The notes: generated by a model from the sequence alone, not told the origin. 64,000 bases of DNA from Camelus ferus (GCF_009834535.1 NC_045704.1:12958001-13022000), one strand, 5' to 3'; positions 1 through 11,090 are shown, numbered from the stretch's first letter. Program-made: numbers and translations.

Positions 1-325
1 GTGGCTCTCATCTCACTCAGAGAAAAGCTTAAATCTTCACCGTGGCCCGAAAGGCCGTGCACAATCTGACCCCTTGGTTCCTTCTCTGCTGTCACCTCCT
101 ACCCTATCCCTGAGCTCACTGGGTTCCAGCCACACAAGGGCCTCACTGTTCCTTAAACATATCAGGACTACTCCTACCTCAGGGCTTTGCACTGTACCCC
201 TCTGCTTGGAGTGCTATGCTCCTATATACTCACGTGGCTCAGATATTACCTTCTCACTGAGGCCTCCCCGATCTCCTTTAAAATTACAACCTTGACTCCT
301 CCTCCCTCCTCCATCTCTCTCCTAC

Positions 326-566
326 CCCAGACGGGCTTGGCTTTCCTCTGGGCTGAGTTGGTCGAATTCCTTGGCCACTTCTCGTCCCAGAAAAGCCTCG
401 TGGTCATATTGAAGTTCCCGTGAGCGTCATCATGAGGGGCCTCGCTCAGGGGGGCCGCCTGGTGCACCCTCCCCTGGCCATGAGGGCCGGCGTCAGGAGA
501 CGGCTTCCCCTCGGCTCCGCGCCTAAGCAGCAACAGCAGCAGTAGAAGTGACGGTCGCCACATCAT
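326..566 (-). CDS. RCN3: Reticulocalbin-3, first coding exon (exon 2); gene continues beyond window start; apparent 1-bp deletion at about 411
   Basis: [52 protein letters not shown] matches the RCN3 N-terminus. After a -1 shift it reads [28 protein letters not shown]. Acceptor AG at 573-574 (exon starts 572); donor GTAGG at 325. Confidence 0.93.
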
Positions 567-984
567 CAGTCCCTGAGGAGTGGCGGAGGCTAGGAGTCAG
601 GGGTCACAGAAAACAGGACAGAGACGGGACAGGATGATGGGGTGGGGGAAACACAGTACAGGATACAGAGTTGAGAGCTGGCTGCAAAGTCTGGGGCTCA
701 AGAAGGGAGGGGATGCGGAAAAGTGAGGCGGGGTTCTCAGAGGTAAAACCAGCTGTAGGGATAGAATCTTCTGAGGAAGCCCTAGAGGGGTACCAGAGCC
801 ACAAGTGGGTAGGTTCCAGCGGGAGACGTGGCACACTTCCCGCGCATAATTCAAGGCGGAGTCGTGGCTAAAGAGAAATCATGCAGGCTCCCGGGCGTCG
901 CTTTCAGCCTGGACCCCAATCCTCCACCCAAGCGGACCCGAACCATCCCCCCTGGACAGGCCACGCACCCCCGCCTCCCTTTAC

Positions 985-1120
985 CCCGTTAGGCAGCTTC
1001 ACTTCGCTATGTTCCACTCTGCGTTCTGCAAAAAGATGCCCAATTTGGCGGCTCTCCAGCCAGGCCCCGCAGCGTAGAGGCCCCGCCTCCTGCAGCGTAG
1101 AGGCCCCGCCCTCCGACCAA
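985..1120 (-). promoter_or_regulatory. RCN3: RCN3 non-coding exon 1 and GC-box/CCAAT promoter
   Basis: Donor GGG|GTAAAG at 985/984, CpG-rich, GC boxes (GGGGCGGG) at 1081-1110, CCAAT at about 1117. TSS is approximate. Confidence 0.6.
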
Positions 1121-1297
1121 TGAGCGCTCATGAGGGCCCCATAGGGCGGGGCTGACGAGAGCTGGGAAGGCCTTGGGCGCCCCTCGCCACGTCCACAAAG
1201 GAAAACGCGGCCCACGAGGCTCAGCCCCGCCCCTCCCCTGAGGAGGCCTTCCCTGAGCAGGCGGGTTGGGCAACGCGGGAGATACGCAGCCGCGCGA

Positions 1298-1316
1298 ACT
1301 ACAACTCCCGGCAGGC
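1298..1316 (+). promoter_or_regulatory. ZNF143/SBS-type motif upstream of RCN3
   Basis: ACTACAACTCCCGGCAGGC matches ACTACAnnTCCCRnnRnGC. Confidence 0.6.
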
Positions 1317-1557
1317 ATCGGGATGCCCTTCCTAACTACCTCCAGTTTGTTCTAGCTCCAAAGCCTCACGGGAGATGTATTTTTCTCTCTTTCCCTTTGT
1401 CCGCCTGTTTTAAGAAGGGAACCAAGAGGCCAGAAGAGGCATTTGTTTTCCTCAAGAACAGTTCTTTTCCCCTCCACCAGGGAGTCAGGTCAGACTCCAG
1501 CCAAGAATTCGTCAAAATGCCTGGCACAGTGTAAACATTCAGTGAATATTTGTGAAA

Positions 1558-1563
1558 TTTATT
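1558..1563 (-). terminator. FCGRT: FCGRT polyadenylation signal AATAAA
   Basis: TTTATT on the + strand, about 380 nt downstream of the FCGRT stop. Confidence 0.7.
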
Positions 1564-1940
1564 AATTAAAAATACATGACTTGGTATATAAAATTGGCAG
1601 ATTCCACCATGGCAACAAGTTAGCCTGAGGAGAGATTTGAAGCCCAAGGCTTGCACCATTTATTCCCCCTGCATTTCCCTAAAAAGGTAAACTATGAAAA
1701 CACAATGATTCGGGCCCAAACCCATGTTATACGTGGAGGTGGAAAAAAGCCATACATATCAGGAGGGGAAACTGAGGCAGACCACAGGAGAAATCCAGAG
1801 GGAGCACATCGGGTCCTTCTGGAGGCTCAGAAATACCAGGATTCCTGGAGGTCTCACAGCATGAAAAGGACCTGACTACATTAGCTGGTAGCAGCCAGGA
1901 TGGGGGACGATCAGGCAGTTGCTGGGAACGCATTTATATC

Positions 1941-4900
1941 CTAAGATTCAGCATCTTTGGAAAGGCCAGGAGTGGGCAGGAGGGCCCCTATATCGTCCCC
2001 ACGGAAAGCGATCCAAGGGGCTGAGGAAAGAGGAAGAGAGGAGATAATCAGAATCTCTGAAATCCTCTGGGTCTCTGCCCTACTCTGTGGGTTTCTGTCC
2101 CGCTCTGAGTCTGTTTCTCCCCTCCAGTTTTCTGTCCCAACCTCTCTCTGAGTCTCTAGCCCTCTCTGTCTAGATTCTCTGTTCCCTCAGGAATGTGTCT
2201 CCGTCTCTTTGGGGGGTCTCCCTCCCTCTGAGGCAGTTCCCTCTTCCCGTCCCACACCTGGCAGTCCCTTTCTCCTCCTCCACAGCAGAGCTCCTCCTGC
2301 AGCCACTGTCATGAGCAGTAGGAAGCCGATGAAGATTCCAATCACTGGTACCGAGGACTTGGCTGGTGATTCTGCAGCCAGAGAATGTTGGGAGATGTTT
2401 AATGGACCCTCCATTGCATCTGAGTCAGGACAGGGGACTGAGGGTTCTCAGTCCCTCCCAAACTCCCAGATCTCAGCACCAAGTTTCAGGCACGGGGTGT
2501 GGGTAAAGGAAAGGCCACTGAGATGATGCTCTCAGTCAAGAAAGCCCCCAGCTTGGATGTAAGAACCAGCCACAGCAAGGCGGGGGGGGGGGGGGCGCGT
2601 CTCAGTCACTCTGATCAAGGGACCTGTAGCAGCAGGGTGAGTCGTGTTCCAACTTGAAGAGGAGGGGCGGGCACAGAGCGGTAGAAAGTCAGACTCATAG
2701 AGGACTGGCAGCAGCAGACAACGGAGGGTCAGACTCCACGAATACTAGCAGCAGCAGGACGGAAGGTGGTCAGACTTAAGGAGGACTTCCCATAGTGGTT
2801 AACGGGTGGCCAGACTCAATGAGGTCAGCAGCAGAAGGACGGAAGGCAGTCAGACTTGGGGAGGCCCAGCAACACAGGACAAAAGGCTGTCAGGCTTTGG
2901 AAGAACTGGCAGTGGTGGGGCACAAAGCAGTCAGGCTCAAGGAGAACTGGCAGCAGTGGGGTGGAAGGTGGTCAAACTCAGGAAGCTGCAGGAGAGGGAG
3001 AAAAGGCAACCAGAAGTAGGGAGTATCTTCTCCCAGCGGGACCTCACCCAGCTCCACAGTGAGGGGCTGGGCCAGCCCCACGTGCTGCACCCAGCAGCGG
3101 TACTGGTGCTCGTCACCGCTTTTGACTGTTAGTGATGACCAGGCGTAGAAGGAGCCATCGCCGTTGGGGACAACGTCGCCCTCACCAGAGCCAGCTGCCA
3201 GCCCATTCCGTAGGAATCGCAGTTGCAGCTCCGGTGGGTAGAAGGAGAAGGCACTGCAGGTGAGCACGGAAAAGCCCGGGTTGCCTGGTCGGGCCTTCAG
3301 GCGCATGGAGGGTGGCTCTGCAACAAACAGGCAGACAGGCCTGAGCCCCAGGCCCACGAACTCCCAGGGCCAGAGATACAGCAGTGAACAAGACAGACAG
3401 AAGTCCCTGTCCTCATGGAGCTTATGTTCTAATGAGGGAAGAGAAACAAGTATTAGTGTACATATGAATGTAAGGGAAACAGACTAAGAAAGTGCAGTGA
3501 GGGAGAATAAGACAGATCCTACAGTCATTCAAAAGATAGCAAGAGGATATGAAAAATGTCATGCCAGCACATTTGAAATTTAAATGAACTGGACAAATTC
3601 CTGAGAAACACAACCTTCCAAAACTGATGGAAGAAGAAATGTTAAATGTTAAAAATGTCTTATAACTATTTAAAAATTTTAATCCCTAATCTAAAGCTTT
3701 TCAACAAATAAAATTCCAGGTCCAGATGACATCACTGGTGAACTCTTCAAAACAACTAAGGAAGAAACTCTTACACAAATTCTTCTATGGAACAAAAAAG
3801 AGGAAACCATTCACAGCATATTTTACAAGCCAGTGTACCTTAATAACAAAATCTCACAAGGACATAAAAAGAAAGGGAATTTTAGACCACTATCTCTCAT
3901 GAAAATAGACTCAAAATTCTCTAAAAATATGAGAAGATAGAATCAAGCAACTTATATAAAGGATAACACATTATGATCAAGTGAAGCTTATTCTAGGAAT
4001 TCTAGATTGGTTTAACATTTGAAAATCAGCTAATATAACTCACCATGTTAGACTAAAAGGGAAAAAGCAAATGGTCATTTGATAAAATTCAGCACCATTC
4101 AAAAGAAAACAAAGGGGGAGGGTATAGCTCAGTGGTAGACTGCCTGCTTAGCATGCACCAGCTCCGGGGTTCAATCCCCAGTACCTCTGTTAATAAATAA
4201 ATAAGTAAGTAAACCTAATTACCTCCCCCCACAAAAAACAAACAAACAAAAAATAAAAAACAAAGCCCAAAAGACTCTCAGAAAACTAGGAGTTGGAGGA
4301 AACTTCCTTAATTTGACAATGGGCATTAGCAAGGAACCTATAATTAACATAACATTTAATAGTAAAAAACTAAATGCTTTCCCTGTGAGTCTGAGACTAT
4401 AAGATGTTCATTCTCACCACTCGGTTCAACACTGGGGATCCTAGCCAGTGCAATAAGATAAGAAAAAGAAATGAGGTATTAAAACTAGAAAAGAAAATAA
4501 ATAAAACATGTCAAATATGACATAATCCAGAAGAATCTAGGAAGAAGTACCAGGAATAAGTGAATTCAGCAAAGTTTTTAAATATAAGAAAATATATAAA
4601 AATCAATAGTATTTTTTACAAATCAATAGTATTTCTATAAACTAGCTACAAACCATTAGAAAATGAAGTTTTTATTTATTTGTTTTGTTTTGGGGGGAGG
4701 GATGTACTTAGGTTTATTTATTTACTTACTTTTTTTTAGAGGAGGTACTGGGGATTGAACCCAGGACCTTGTGTATGCTAAGCATGTGCTCTACCACTTT
4801 GAGCTATACCCTCCCCTGAAAATGAAATTTTTAGAATTACCGTTTACAGAAGCATCAAAAAATGCCTAATACTTAGGGGAAAAAGTGTAACTAATGAGGT

Positions 4901-7900
4901 GTAAGACCTCTACACTGAAAACTACAAAGTGTTACTGAGAGAAATTAAAGGACTTCTAAACAAGTAGAGGGATATACTGTATTCATGGGTTAGAAGAGTT
5001 AATGTTAAGATGTCAGTTCTCCCCACATTGATCTATAGATACAATTCAATCACTATCAAAATCCCAACAGAATTTTTTTTTTGGCAGAAATAGACAAGCA
5101 TGAATGTATCTAGAGATGCAAATGACACAGAATAACCAAGGCAATAAAGCTGAAGAACTTAATTGCTAGATGTCAAAACGTTCTCTAAAGCTACACTGAT
5201 CAAAGGAGTTAGGTATTCATTCAATTTTAGTCCAGTTGAAGCAGATCCATACCTAATTGAGGAAAAAGTTTTCACTGCAGTTCACTGGGGGAAAGGGGAT
5301 GGTGCTCTTGCAACAAATGATGCTGGGTCAACTGGATATCCATGAGGGACAAATACACCTTGATCCTTACCTCATAACACTACACACAATTAACTGGTCA
5401 TGGATCATATTGCTAAATATGAAAGTGATTTACCAATCAAGCATCTAAAAGACGACATAGGAGAAAACCTTCATACTTTTGGGAGAGGAAAGATCTTAAA
5501 GAGAACACACAAAAGAGCTATAGAATAAATGATTGGTAAATTGATCTTCACTAAAATTAAGAACTTTTGTTCATCAAAAGGTTTCATTAAGAGAGTGAAA
5601 AGACAAGCTGCAGACTGGGAGAAGCTATTTCCAATAGAACCAACTGACATGCAAATACCCAGAATATACTAAGAATTCTAACAAGAAAAAAAAAAAGACA
5701 AAAGTTCCAATTTAAAAATGGGCAAAAGACTCAAACAGCCACTCCAATAGGGAAGACACTCAACTTGCTGATAATGTGGAAGAGTACTCAGTATTGCTAG
5801 TCATCTAATCCTTTATCTGATCTTCATGTGTCATCAGATAGATCAAAAGTGAAATCACAATAAGACATCACTACATACCCAATAGAATGGTTAAAACTAA
5901 AGACAGACAATATCAAATTCTGGCAAGCCTGTGGAGCAACTGGAATTCTCATATGCGCTGGTGGAAACATAAAATTGGTTCAATCACTTTGAGAAAATGT
6001 TTAGCACTACCTCCTAGAATTAATCCTATGCCTACACTACGATGTGACAACTCCACCCACGGGTATTTAGTCAAAATAAATGAAAATATATATTCATCAA
6101 AAGATGTGTACAAGAATGTTCATAGAAGCTTTATTCTTAATAGCTCCAATTGGAAATAAACCATTTATTGACAAACTGTGATGTGAAACATGCAACAGAA
6201 TACTACTCAGCGATAAAAACAAGTGAACTACAGATACACCCAACATCAGAGATGAGTCTCAAGACACACTCTTGAGTGAAAAAAGCCAGACATGAATGAG
6301 CATATGCTCATAGTCATATGAAGTTCAAAATTAGGCAACACTATCATGATAGAAATCAGCGAGGGGACACAAGGAAGTCTCCGGGGTGCTGCCAGTGTTC
6401 TAGGTCTTGATCTGGAGGGCAGGTTCATGGGCATATATAAAAATTAATCAAGCTGTGTACTTTAGGTAAGTAAATTACACTTCAAGAAAAGAGAAAAAAA
6501 AGAAAGATGCTATAATGAATGAATGGACAAAACAATGGCATGAGAGACAATAATGGGGGTCAGATGGGGGCACAGCCAGGGTGGTCAGTGAGGGCCCTGC
6601 TGAAGAACTGACATCCAAGGTCAAATCTCAAGCACGAGAATAACCCAGTCATGGCAGGATCCCAAGGAAGAGAATCAAAAGCAGAGGGAACAGCAGGTGC
6701 AAAGGCCCTGAAGAAGGAAAGACCCTGACATATTGGAGGAAAGGGAGAAGGCCACTGTAGTTGAGAGCATTGTGAAATTCCAGTGGCTGCAAGCAGATAG
6801 ACCATGTGGAGCTAGCAGGCCTTGGATTAGAGTTTGGATTTTAGTCTAAGACTACTGGGAATCTATTGGATGGTTTTAAGCAGCACTGGGAAGGGAGCTC
6901 AAGTTTTTTAAACATTCTTCTGACTGCTGGGTAGAGGATGGTCTGTAATGAGGGCTGAGATGGAAGCAGGAATTGCAATGTGGGGGACGCTGAGGACAAA
7001 AGAGCGCTAACTGCAGCCCTTGAATTCCCCAGACACGCATGTAATTATAGCTCAGAGTGACCTGTGCTGCCTGTAACAGAGGTTACACGAGGCACTGTGG
7101 GCACCCAAAAGCAGCAAGTCTTATGGGCCAGAGTGGAACCTGACACCAGTGGCATCTGGCACCAGGGAAACTGGCAAAGGCGAAGAAATGTGAAGGCTGA
7201 TGTGAGCGGAAGGAACTCTGGGTGATTCTGTCCAGCTGAGTAAAGCCAATGGAGAAATGGGAGGCTGAGGAGAGGGACAGAGGCCACGCCACGTGGGGCC
7301 TCAGTGCTAGGCTGAGGGGCTTTGGCTGTGTCCAGATGGCTCTGGGAGCCACAGGAGGGCTGTGTGCATGAGAGGAACAGGGGCAGCTTAGGCTGGAGAA
7401 AGACCCTCTGGGACATGATTGTGGAAGAGGGGGGCAGATGAGGGAAGAGAGGCTGGGGAAGAGGATGAGGACTCAGGCAGAGTGGTGGGGATGGAGAGGT
7501 CCCTGGCGATCAGGACTTTTAAGGGGGTTGCTCACCCTTCCACTCCAGATTGCCACGGCCCCTCTCCAGATGCCCCAGCAGCCGGTGGGGGCAGGAGTAG
7601 AGCAGGAAGGTCTTCTCCTTGTTGACCGCCTCAGGGTGCTTCATCCACTTGATACCGACGGTCCGGGCCTCAGGCCAGTCCCCATCCCAGATGCCCAGCT
7701 TGGGGTCGAACTCCATGAACTCCTCACCGTTCAGGGCATACTTGGCCATGGGCACTGAGACGTTGTCAGGGCCTAACTCGCAGCCCAGCAGGCCCTGCAG
7801 GGTGTAGGAATCTGGGGTGCCCACACACAGGTGAGCAGGGCCCAGGAGTCAGGGCTCTAGTCCCCTCCTCTTTGAGACCCAGGATCCAGGTCCCCAGCCC

Positions 7901-8569
7901 CTCCTCCCTCAGACCCATTAGTCCCACTCTCACCTCTGTCCCCGAAGACTTTGAGAGCTTCGAGGAAGAGTTTCTCCTTGTCCCTCAGATCGGTCGTCTC
8001 TTTCTCCCAGTACCAGGACACCTGGCTTTCCCAGACCCAAGCCCCATACGGCTCAGCCTGGGCCCGCAGGTTATTGTAGCTCAGGTACTGCTGTGGGCCC
8101 AGCCAGCCTGATACCCAGAAGGCAGGCGTCCCCGAGGCCGGGTTGGACACGGCGGTGAAGTGGTACAGAAGAGAGCGATGGCTCTCCGCTGGAGAGACAG
8201 AGGTGAAGAGAGCAGATGGTCGCCCCATCTGGGAGAGAGAAAAGACTCCATCCCAGATAGAGAGACCAGACTCGGAGAGGGGGGACAGCCCCCGAGAGAG
8301 GGACAGAGACCCAGACAGAAAGGGACAGGTGCTTCCCAGAAACACCGCCAGAGGGAGGAGATAGAAACCAAGTGAAAGGCGGCAAAGGAGGAAGTGCCCG
8401 GAGCTAGCGGAACCTCGGATTTAGCTTCCTTTGCTCTTTTCCCAGCGGGCGGCACCTCCCTGCTGCCCAGCAGCCCCAGCCCCGGAGCCCCCTCACCTGC
8501 ACGCAGCGTTCCAGGCAAGAGGAGAAGCAGGAGAGCGAGCCCCCAGGGCTGAGACCGGGGGACCCGCAT
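1941..8569 (-). CDS. FCGRT: Neonatal Fc receptor (FcRn) alpha chain, 355 aa
   Basis: Coding exons 8569-8497 (leader [14 protein letters not shown]..), 8188-7934 (alpha1 [11 protein letters not shown]..), 7811-7536 (alpha2 ..[16 protein letters not shown]..), 3317-3048 (alpha3 [11 protein letters not shown]..), 2371-2258 (TM) and 2020-1941 (tail [26 protein letters not shown]). All introns GT-AG; total 1068 nt in frame. Confidence 0.97.
2678..2985. repeat. Degenerate about 40-bp minisatellite (about 8 units) in the FCGRT alpha3-TM intron
   Basis: Recurring (minus strand) TGAGTCTGACCACCTTCCGTCCTGCTGCTGCCAGTCCTCCT-like units. Confidence 0.75.
4114..4262 (+). mobile_element. tRNA-Ala-derived camelid SINE (Vic-1-like)
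   Basis: GGGGGAGGGTATAGCTCAGTGGTAGA..GCTTAGCATGC..GGTTCAATCCCCAGTACCTC plus (AATA)n, ACCTAATTACCTCCCCC and an A-rich tail. Confidence 0.85.
4672..4816 (-). mobile_element. Vic-1-like SINE
   Basis: Reverse complement of the same consensus; GAAAATGAA on both flanks (probable TSD). Confidence 0.85.
7836..7916. repeat. MSR1-like 37-bp minisatellite units in the FCGRT alpha1-alpha2 intron
   Basis: CCCAGGAGTCAGGGCTCTAGTCCCCTCCTCTTTGAGACCCAGGATCCAGGTCCCCAGCCCCTCCTCCCTCAGACCC. Confidence 0.65.
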
Positions 8570-9130
8570 CCTCAGCGGGAGACCTGGGGCGGGAGGGGGC
8601 GCGTGATTCCTCAGGACCCCCGCCCCGCCCCTGCCCCACTCCCCCAGGTCCGGTCCTGCTAGGCCACCACGAAGGCTCGGCGGCTGCGCTCGATCGAGGA
8701 AAATGACAACAATGTCCTCCTCGTCCATGAACTTTCACCCAGTAAGTCGCTCCGGGTTGGTTAATTAGTTACAGAGCCTGGATAGGCTGGGATTCCTTTC
8801 TCCGAGTTCGGCCCCGCCTCCTCCTCCGCCCTCAGACCCGCGAGTCCAGGGAGCACCCCCCCTCCTCCCTCAGACCCTAAAGTCCAGACCCTCGCGCCCT
8901 CCTCCCGGAGCCTCGGGAGTCCGGCGCCCGGCTCTCTGCTCCGTCGGTCTGGGACCCAGCTCTACTCACTGCAGCCACGATTCCTTCCCTCCTGCTGCCC
9001 CGGCTGGCTCCCGTGACTGGAGACCCCAGTTCCTCTCTCACATCCTGTCCGGAGACGGCTGGCTCCTTGACTCCAGGAACATCCAACCCCGCCCCCCAGC
9101 TGCAGGGCACACCCCAGGCCGTGGACCCAG
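8400..9130 (-). promoter_or_regulatory. FCGRT: FCGRT CpG island with non-coding exon 1 (about 9047-8970)
   Basis: AGGATGTGAGAGAGGAACTGGGGTCTCCAGTCACGGGAGCCAG resembles the human FCGRT 5' UTR as I recall it; donor GCA|GTGAGT at 8970/8969; GC boxes. Confidence 0.7.
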
Positions 9131-9869
9131 CCTGAGTGTTGGTCTCTGACTCTCTCTGGAAATTTTCTTTCTTTTTTTTTTAAAATCTTTTTCTCTGTTG
9201 CTCCCTGATTTTTTTTTTTTTTTTTGAGGGTGTCAGCCACTCAGCGAATTCGTGACAAAGTTGAGAAGCAACAATGTCGAAGTCCCAAATTTGGAGATCA
9301 GTGTGGGTCCCCTTTTATCTCATTGTCCCCCCCAACCCCCCACCCCAGCCTTCACTAGCTCCTGCTATAATAGAATTCTCCAGATACTTCCTCCTTCCAA
9401 CCCCTCCCCCAAGTGTCCCCTTAAAGTGCTACTGCAGGACTTTCATATCTTCTAATATGACCTCAGTAACACACAGTCCCAGTATTCTATTATCATGCTT
9501 GGGGTCCCCACCAGTCATCCACCCCTAGCCTACACTCCTGCTATAATGCTTCTATTCATCTGTTTTATTGTGGTAAAATGCACACAACAAAGGAGCTCTT
9601 ATTTGTGACATTCAGTGCATTCACCTGTGTTATGCAATCATCACCATGTACAAGTAGTAGAGCAGCCTCTGTGGCCTGCGACCCCTCCAGCCCCTGGCAA
9701 CCACTAATTTACTTTCTGTTTCTATGGACTTACCTATTCTGGACATTTCAGGGAAATAGAATCCTAACAATATTGTGGCATTTTGTGTCTGGCTTCTTTC
9801 ACTGAGAGTACTGGTTTCAAGATTTATCCACATGATAGCGTGTTTCAGAACTTCATTGGATTTTGGTTT

Positions 9870-9954
9870 CTGTTTGTTTGTTTGAATGGAGGTGCTGGGG
9901 ATTGAACCCAGGACCTCGTGCATGCTAAGTGGGCTCTACCACTGAGCTCTACTC
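9870..9954 (-). mobile_element. Vic-1-like SINE (runs into an N gap), inside an L1 remnant
   Basis: GGAGGTGCTGGGGATTGAACCCAGGACCTCGTGCATGCTAAG..CTACCACTGAGCT. Confidence 0.75.
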
Positions 9955-10204
9955 NNNNNNNNNNNNNNNNNNNNNNNNNNNNNNNNNNNNNNNNNNNNNN
10001 NNNNNNNNNNNNNNNNNNNNNNNNNNNNNNNNNNNNNNNNNNNNNNNNNNNNNNNNNNNNNNNNNNNNNNNNNNNNNNNNNNNNNNNNNNNNNNNNNNNN
10101 NNNNNNNNNNNNNNNNNNNNNNNNNTTTTCCTTTTTGTTTTTTTGAATAGCTGTATTCAGTTCTTTTGGGTATATACCCAGGAGTGGACTTGCTAGATCA
10201 TATG

Positions 10205-11090
10205 ATGTATTAGTCAGGGTTCTCTGGAGAAACAGAATCAACAGGATGTATATATAGAGAGAGAAAGAGACATTATAAGGAGTTGGCTCATGTGATTGTG
10301 GAGACTTGGCTTGTACAAAAATCTGATAGGGGGACAGCTGGCTGGCTGCAGACTCCGGAAAGAGTTTCAGTTCAAGTCTAAAGGCAGGCAGTCTGTCTTG
10401 CAATAACCCANNNNNNNNNNNNNNNNNNNNNNNNNNNNNNNNNNNNNNNNNNNNNNNNNNNNNNNNNNNNNNNNNNNNNNNNNNNNNNNNNNNNNNNNNN
10501 NNNNNNNNNNNNNNNNNNNNNNNNNNNNNNNNNNNNNNNNNNNNNNNNNNNNNNNNNNNNNNNNNNNNNNNNNNNNNNNNNNACACCAGAAATTAACACA
10601 GCATTGTAAATCAACTCTACTTCAATTAAAAAAAATAATAGGGGTAGGATATAGCTCAGTGGTACAGAGAGTGCTTAGCATGCTCGAGGTCCTGGGTTCA
10701 AACTCCATTACCTCTGTTAAAATAAATAAATAAACAAACCTAATTACTGCCTCCCCAACGTTTTAATTAAATAAATAAAATAAGTAAAGGCAAGCAGTCT
10801 GGAGAACCAAGAAGAGCTCATCTTGTAGCTGAAGTCCAAAGGCAGTCTGCTGACAGAATTGCTGGCAGAATTCCCCTTGGCTTGGGGGAGGTCAGTTTTT
10901 CGCCTTCAACTGATTGGACGAGGCCCACCCACATTATGGCGGGCAGATCTGCTTTACTCAGAATTCACTGATTTCAGTGTCAATCTCATCCCCAAACATC
11001 CTCACAGAAACATCCCAGAGTAATGTTTGATCAAACATCTGGGCACTGTGACTCAGCCAAGCTGACACCTGAATGTAACTATTACAGGCA
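10205..11090. mobile_element. MLT2-type ERVL solo LTR split by an L1 3' fragment and a SINE
   Basis: TGTATTAGTCAGGGTTCTCTGGAGAAACAGAA..GGAGTTGGCTCATGTGATTGTGGAGACT at the start; GGCACTGTGACTCAGCCAAGCTGACACCTGAATGTAACTATTACA at the end. Confidence 0.65.
10641..10790 (+). mobile_element. Vic-1-like SINE
   Basis: GGGGTAGGATATAGCTCAGTGGTACAGAGAGTGCTTAGCATGCTCGAGGTCCTGGGTTCAAA..AAACCTAATTACTGCCTCCCC. Confidence 0.8.

Larger units (their letters stand above)
3530..6500 (+). mobile_element. Old LINE-1 ORF2/3' remnant in the FCGRT alpha2-alpha3 intron
   Basis: A-rich, decayed L1 ORF2-type sequence (e.g. ggttagaagagttaatgttaagatgtcagttctcccc..ttgatctatagat; gtggagcaactggaattctc); heavily interrupted by stops. 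Confidence 0.8.

Noticed and set aside
8081-8728. 215-aa ORF suggesting an N-terminally extended FcRn
   Set aside because: It runs through introns. The ATG at 8569 gives a normal signal peptide, and the upstream ATG at 8728 lies in intron 1 of the inferred transcript.
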